A stretch of DNA of 64,000 nt, from the NCBI GenBank assembly GCA_973895155.1, contig OZ316896.1:15100684-15164683 (forward strand), given 5' to 3'. The position numbers were made by a program, and so were the translations under genes. Each line of letters begins with the position of its first letter. The first letter of the stretch is position 1. This DNA comes from Marsupella aquatica. Lineage: Eukaryota; Plantae; Marchantiophyta. The notes beneath the pieces are model-generated. The model had not been told where the DNA came from and ran no database searches. It was given only the letters and a program-made list of their open reading frames with translations. Below are positions 63,200-64,000 of the stretch, piece after piece.

Positions 63200-63700
63200 G
63201 CAAACGGACAATTTTTCTTGAGCACAAGTTGATTGAGCATTTTATCAGTTGTCATCCTACATATCTCAGGCCACAAATGTGGGGTCATTGTGGTAGAGAG
63301 ACACGGACCCTAGCAGAAGATGCCTTTCTTAGACAGGGACCTGGCAATAGATATGGGAGTACGACAAGAGATTTTTCTAGGGCTTTTAGGTTATTTCGCC
63401 GGCCACCTCATCTTAAGGAGCCGCAAGCCCAGCAGCAGCAGCCTCCAGTAGATGAGTAGCAGGAGCAGCAATGGCAAAGAATACAATGCAACCTACTCCT
63501 CGTTCGTGGAATTTATGGTACTCATCCGTGATAACAATTCAACTCAAACAGAGAAGAATTGTTTTGTTGCTGAATACCTGAGTTGCAAGATGAGGAATTG
63601 TGAGGCAACCAGCTCCATCCTGGACTATGGGGCGAGTCACTAACATTCTGATGGATTGCATTGTTCTAAGTAACATGATTTTGGCGACAAGAGATGGATT
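63200..63700 (+). pseudogene. Decayed PIF/Harbinger DDE transposase
   Basis: Fragments NGKEYN..Y..F..F.....QTEK..F..Y..CK and IVRQPAPSW.MGRVTNILMDCIVLSNMI resemble the plant Harbinger transposase C-terminus (IVRGPARxW...NIMxACIILHNMI). Frameshifts and deletions. Confidence 0.6.
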
Positions 63701-64000
63701 TTATTGTAGACCTTGCTGTTCCCAGTCTAGAGTTTTTAATGCTAGATAAAAATAATTCATTCTAGGCAAAAAGTACCAGAAAATTTGATACATAGCAAAT
63801 ATGGCTTCTACAATAAAATCCCTACGACTGATCAAAACTGTCATCTCCAAGCCGAAGAATTAATTCCCGAGAATGAAACAGCTACATGATGCATATGAAA
63901 TATAACGAGTCCAATTATTTTTGGAGCAGATACAAGAACCATCAACACGATAAGTTGCACCAGGGCTCTAAACGGAGTCCTCTCCCCAAATAGACTGCTA

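Overview
Eukaryotic nuclear DNA from a land plant, probably a bryophyte or liverwort (inferred from gene content and GT-AG introns). Six protein genes can be read directly: a PDR/ABCG full-size transporter (minus strand, runs off the left edge), a 9-exon MATE/DTX transporter, a RING-CH E3 ligase, a ~17-exon MyTH4-FERM protein with no motor domain, an intronless SEX4-type glucan phosphatase and an intronless tau-class GST. The regions 4-23 kb and 56-64 kb are TE-rich, with non-autonomous Helitrons, a MULE-type foldback element, a CRE-type LINE fragment, a PIF/Harbinger transposase relic and other TIR elements. The most unusual structure is a nested insertion at 11.1-15.8 kb. A ~620-bp TG..CA element with ~170-bp inverted arms and a 5-bp TSD is interrupted by a 4.1-kb TG..CA solo-LTR-like unit with its own 5-bp TSD. 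That inner unit carries an intact 617-aa ORF behind a duplicated, CG-rich heptamer array. All exon models and coordinates were read by eye and no database searches were run.
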